A DNA stretch of 63,994 nt, counting the filler, from Peribolospora baueri (Eukaryota): the NCBI GenBank assembly GCA_029717555.1. It is 6 parts of 6 records of this genome, joined end to end, with 100 filler letters (N's around TTAATTAATTAA, not from the genome) between each part and the next. Parts side by side here need not be neighbours in the genome. Positions count along the whole stretch, not along the records: positions 52,187 to 62,775 come from JAMDHS010000176.1; positions 62,876 to 63,994 come from JAMDHS010000270.1; 4 more parts are not named here. One strand, 5' to 3'. This document shows, piece after piece, positions 60,331 to 63,994 of this stretch. Each line of letters opens with the position of its first letter. Position 1 is the first letter of the stretch. Made by a program: the position numbers and the translations under genes. Below the pieces are notes generated by a model, which saw nothing but the letters and a program-made list of their open reading frames with translations, was not told the DNA's origin and ran no database searches.

Positions 60331-62775
60331 GGAGTGACATGACCTTTTCGTCTTTTTTGAGCACGGTCGACAAGGACGCTCACGTCTTCTTCGCGTCCCT
60401 TTTGTCCACAAGCGCCATGACGGATACCTCCTCGTCGGAAGGAGCGGCAACGCGAACGGCAATTTCCCCGATAGTGACTGAATCCAATGTCGACAGGGAA
60501 GCGCTCGTTTGAAGACTCGTATCGAAGCGACGCCGATTCAGTTCAGCGCATCGTCTCCCGTCGTCCATCGCTGAAATTCTGTCTGCATTCTCTCCGCTGC
60601 AAGTTTGGAAAGGCAAGAGGAAGCACCGCCTCCTTTCGTCTGGTGCAATTGTACCAAGTTTATCTCTCCCCCTTCCTTTGGCCACGGAGACATGAGTTGG
60701 AGCGCCTCCGCTCTCTCTGAGACGGCGGGGCAACTGGCTGCACTGAGCAGGCAGACTCTGTCCAAGGGTGCTTTCGGGCTGACGATCGCGACAGACCACT
60801 GAGAGACGGCGGGTTCGATGAATGCGATAAAGACGGAGGAGCGAGCAAAAGAGGAAGCCAGCGGCATTCAGTTCTTTCGCTTCCGAACCCTTTCGCCCGA
60901 AGCGGAACGAAGATCGCCCCGCTCACCGGTGTACTGGCTGAACGTGCTCGCGCCGATGAAGGGGCGGATGTCCTGACCCCTGGCGTGAAAGCATACAGAC
61001 TTGTCCAGCATCAGCCCTTGGCCTTGTGTGGCTCGGACGCGCTAGCATAGGTTGGTCTGCATTGCCAAGTCCGCCGCATTCAGATGCGGAATCACGACCA
61101 GCTGGGGCGCAGCCATGCCCGCGGCAAACGTAGAGCCGGGTTCGACGGTATCCGTCTGGGGTCTGGTCTGCGTAGGCTTGGGTGTGGTCGACGGACGGGG
61201 GTTAGGAGGCCGCCTTGAGCCATGACCGTAGTCATGGAAGGGTGGATATATGCTGGGGTTCAGGGCCGGAAGGTGAAGTGTAGGCGAAGGCGAGTCCCGA
61301 GAGGGAGGCGAGAGCGGGCAGGACCTTGGGGATTCGACGTGGGAGGGAGGACTTCCGAGGTGAGTGGGAAGCTCAGCCCACGTACTGGCCGGGGGTGCCC
61401 CCGGGAGAGCATTCAAAGTCAGCCGATCCTGGTCCAAGTCAATCGCCATCGCATCCGGGTTGGCCTGTTCCGAATCATTCGAGGCGGAGCCTTATCGCGA
61501 CTTGGAGAAGAGGGTTGAGCAGGTCGAGCGACGGAGAGCGCGGCAGCAACGCTGACAACACTCTCGCCGGTGTGTCTGCGCTCTTCATCTCGTCATACTA
61601 TCTCTTCTCCACGCTAACGGCTCCCCTCTCGCCTCCACACCTCTTCGGTAGACGCTTATGTGAAGGGCTTTGACAAGGTCAAGAACATCAACTGGGATGA
61701 CGGTTGGAAGGCCTTGGTGAGTCGTCGATCGTTGCCAATGTAGATGGACAGGACAGCTCACATTCGACATCTACCGAATGTCAACTCATAGGTCAAAGAC
61801 GCGGAGGTCCAGCCCCATACCACGCCCGACTATCTGTCTTGGGATGCAACTTTGAGGGTAGAGTGGCGCTGAATGACTGGATCAATGGCGAGAGGGACGG
61901 TCCCCATTATTTCGTTCGGAAAGCAGACCAGAGATTGACTCGCTCCGGCGCTCCATCTCAAAATTTCAGTCGGATGGATCACGCGGAACCACAGCAGGTC
62001 CGTCCGTCTCAAGGGTCGTGAAGTACGCATAGAACGGTAAGCGACACGCTTGCGTGCTCTAAAGACCGTCGCTCCACAGCCTTTTATCTTCAAGACATCG
62101 TACAGCCCCATATGGGATGGCATTGGCATGTCAATCGTCTGGGAGGCATATAAAAGCAAGAGGCGAAATTTGAAATTCATCTCAGATGAATCACGCTTTA
62201 TCAACAGCAAAAGTAAAACGAATCCACAGTCTTGGAGACATCCTCTCGAATCCAACAAGAAAGGCCATCGAGGTGTGTGGTAAGCGTGCCAGGTTGTCTT
62301 AGAACCTTAGCCCCACAGCCGTAGGGGACGAAGGCAAGGATTATGATGGGATGACGATGGGGAAAGAAGAAGGAGAAGGAGAGGCAGGCGACCAAGAAAA
62401 AGAGCACAGCAGAGGAAGAGGTGCCAAACAGAGACAATGCGACGCGACGCAACGCGGCGATACCATGGCAGCCGTGTCAGATGATGCAGCGCACATCAAC
62501 GACGGTTGAAGAACTCCGCCGGCAGCACAAGATCTACGCACAAGTCCTTGCGGACCTGCTCAACTTGACTTCCAAAGTACCTCCTGCACTCAAAGCTGCA
62601 TTACAACGCGCCAACACCTCTCAGCGTACACATCTCCATTCAAAACCAAATCAAGAAGAGGATCAACGCAGCCGACTCACCTCCAGCTCACGGTGCCCGT
62701 GACGATCTCCTTGCAGCCCTCGATAAAACGCTCGATCTGCGCGTCCGTCTTGGTGTCTCCGGTGCGCGGCACGCG

Positions 62776-62875
62776 NNNNNNNNNNNNNNNNNNNNNNNNN
62801 NNNNNNNNNNNNNNNNNNNTTAATTAATTAANNNNNNNNNNNNNNNNNNNNNNNNNNNNNNNNNNNNNNNNNNNN
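62776..62875. other. Artificial contig linker
   Basis: N44-TTAATTAATTAA-N44. Confidence 0.98.
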
Positions 62876-63154
62876 CGCCGACTCGATATCTCGGCGCACG
62901 TCCTCCACCGCAAGAAACCGAGGTCACTCGACCGCTCGACGACGCCGGTCTCCTACAGCTGCAACGACAGGAGATGGACAATCAGGACTCCCAACTGTCT
63001 GACCTCTCGGCGATCCTCCAACGGCAGAAGATGCTCGGCATCGCCATCGGTAACGAGCTGCAAGAGCAGAACGAAATGCTCGACGGCTTCAACCAGGACT
63101 TGGATCGGACCGAGAAGAAGTTTACCGGGCCAGATGCGAAAGCTCGGCAAATAG
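62876..63154 (+). CDS. Vam7-like Qc-SNARE, C-terminal SNARE motif only, with apparent frameshift near the end
   Basis: PQETEVTRPLDDAGLLQLQRQEMDNQDSQLSDLSAILQRQKMLGIAIGNELQEQNEMLD. The SNARE-like ending QMRKLGK* (63131-63154) is in another frame. Confidence 0.75.
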   Translation, partial: RRLDISAHVLHRKKPRSLDRSTTPVSYSCNDRRWTIRTPNCLTSRRSSNGRRCSASPSVTSCKSRTKCSTASTRTWIGPRRSLPGQMRKLGK

Positions 63155-63994
63155 CTCCCGTCCTCCTCCACCTCTTTCGTCTTTTCGTGTACCCATACGC
63201 ATTCACCATCGTCATCCTACATTGCATTTATTTCCTACCGCCCTTGTCTCCCCTCTCCTTAGGGCTAGGGCTCCATTTACCTGCCTCCGGCCATTGCAGC
63301 TTAGACGAGGTCCGCCCAACTGTTGCTTTTTGCGGCTCACTGGTGACGACGAGCTTGTTGAAGAACGGAGCGGTCGACGACGAACATGGAGGCGGAGAAG
63401 ATCTGCGAGTGCATCCGTCCCGTTTTTAATTGTGAGCAGACCTGGTCGCCGACGTCGGCCACATGGCGCGGGTCTTAGAGCCAAGTGATCGCCGGCGGTG
63501 GAGGGGCAGGATAGAGGTTGGATCCGACCGACCGCATCCGCCAATCTCAGTGTATTGTCCTTCTTCTCTTCGTCCTCCTCTTCATTGTCGTCGTCGTATC
63601 TTCATTGTACTTCTCCTCCTTCTCGTCATTGTTCTTTTCGTTGTCCCTGGAGAATGACAGCCGCGCCATATCTCCCCCCCAGAGGGTATTAAATGCTCGA
63701 CATCTTCTCCTGTTCCTCCTGGTCTCTCCAACGAACCCGCCCTCCTTTCCGCCTTGCGCCCGCCGTCCCTCCCCTTCTCAGTCATGGTCCACTTCGCTTC
63801 CATCTTGTTCCGCCAGGCCCGCATCGACACGCTCCCTCCCAGCATTTCAGGACGCTGTCTAGTTGGCGGTCCACGCGCGCAAGCATCCGCTTTCACCCTG
63901 TACTATTCTGCCAGCATCGCTCGTTTGTGTAGCGTTTTGCCAGGGGATGTCAGATAAGGAAGTGGACGTAAAGGACGCGTACGAAGGCGGAAAG

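Overview
Eukaryotic, intron-rich, GC-rich DNA of a basidiomycete fungus (GTGAGT/GTGCGT donors, CTRAC branch sites, YAG acceptors). The window is not one locus. It is six contigs joined by artificial 100-nt linkers (44 N + TTAATTAATTAA + 44 N) and ordered by decreasing length, so neighbourhoods across linkers mean nothing. Recognisable genes: an RRM+YTH protein, Tvp38/DedA, the 3' end of an acylphosphatase, a SAP30-like protein, an EST1/SMG6-like PIN nuclease, a Crz1-like C2H2 factor, NC2-beta, a secreted FAD/BBE oxidase, a second C2H2 factor, an LRR-like protein, part of a quinone oxidoreductase, a membrane-anchored Ser/Thr-rich protein, a ZCCHC9-like protein, a GPI-anchored chitin deacetylase, part of DNA ligase IV and a Vam7-like SNARE end. 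I did not find a clear new multi-gene system. The most unusual signals are: (i) a compositionally distinct contig where LIG4 (no lesion seen) abuts decayed genes and a scrambled copia element containing a ~95-bp near-perfect hairpin; (ii) disabled genes on three separate contigs; (iii) the telomere-like 10-mer TAACCCTAAC in three promoter regions; (iv) a duplicated L[YF]DP motif in the SMG6-like N-terminus; (v) splicing oddities (13-nt microexon, GC-AG intron, 443-nt AG-free zone). All gene models were derived by eye and no searches were run.
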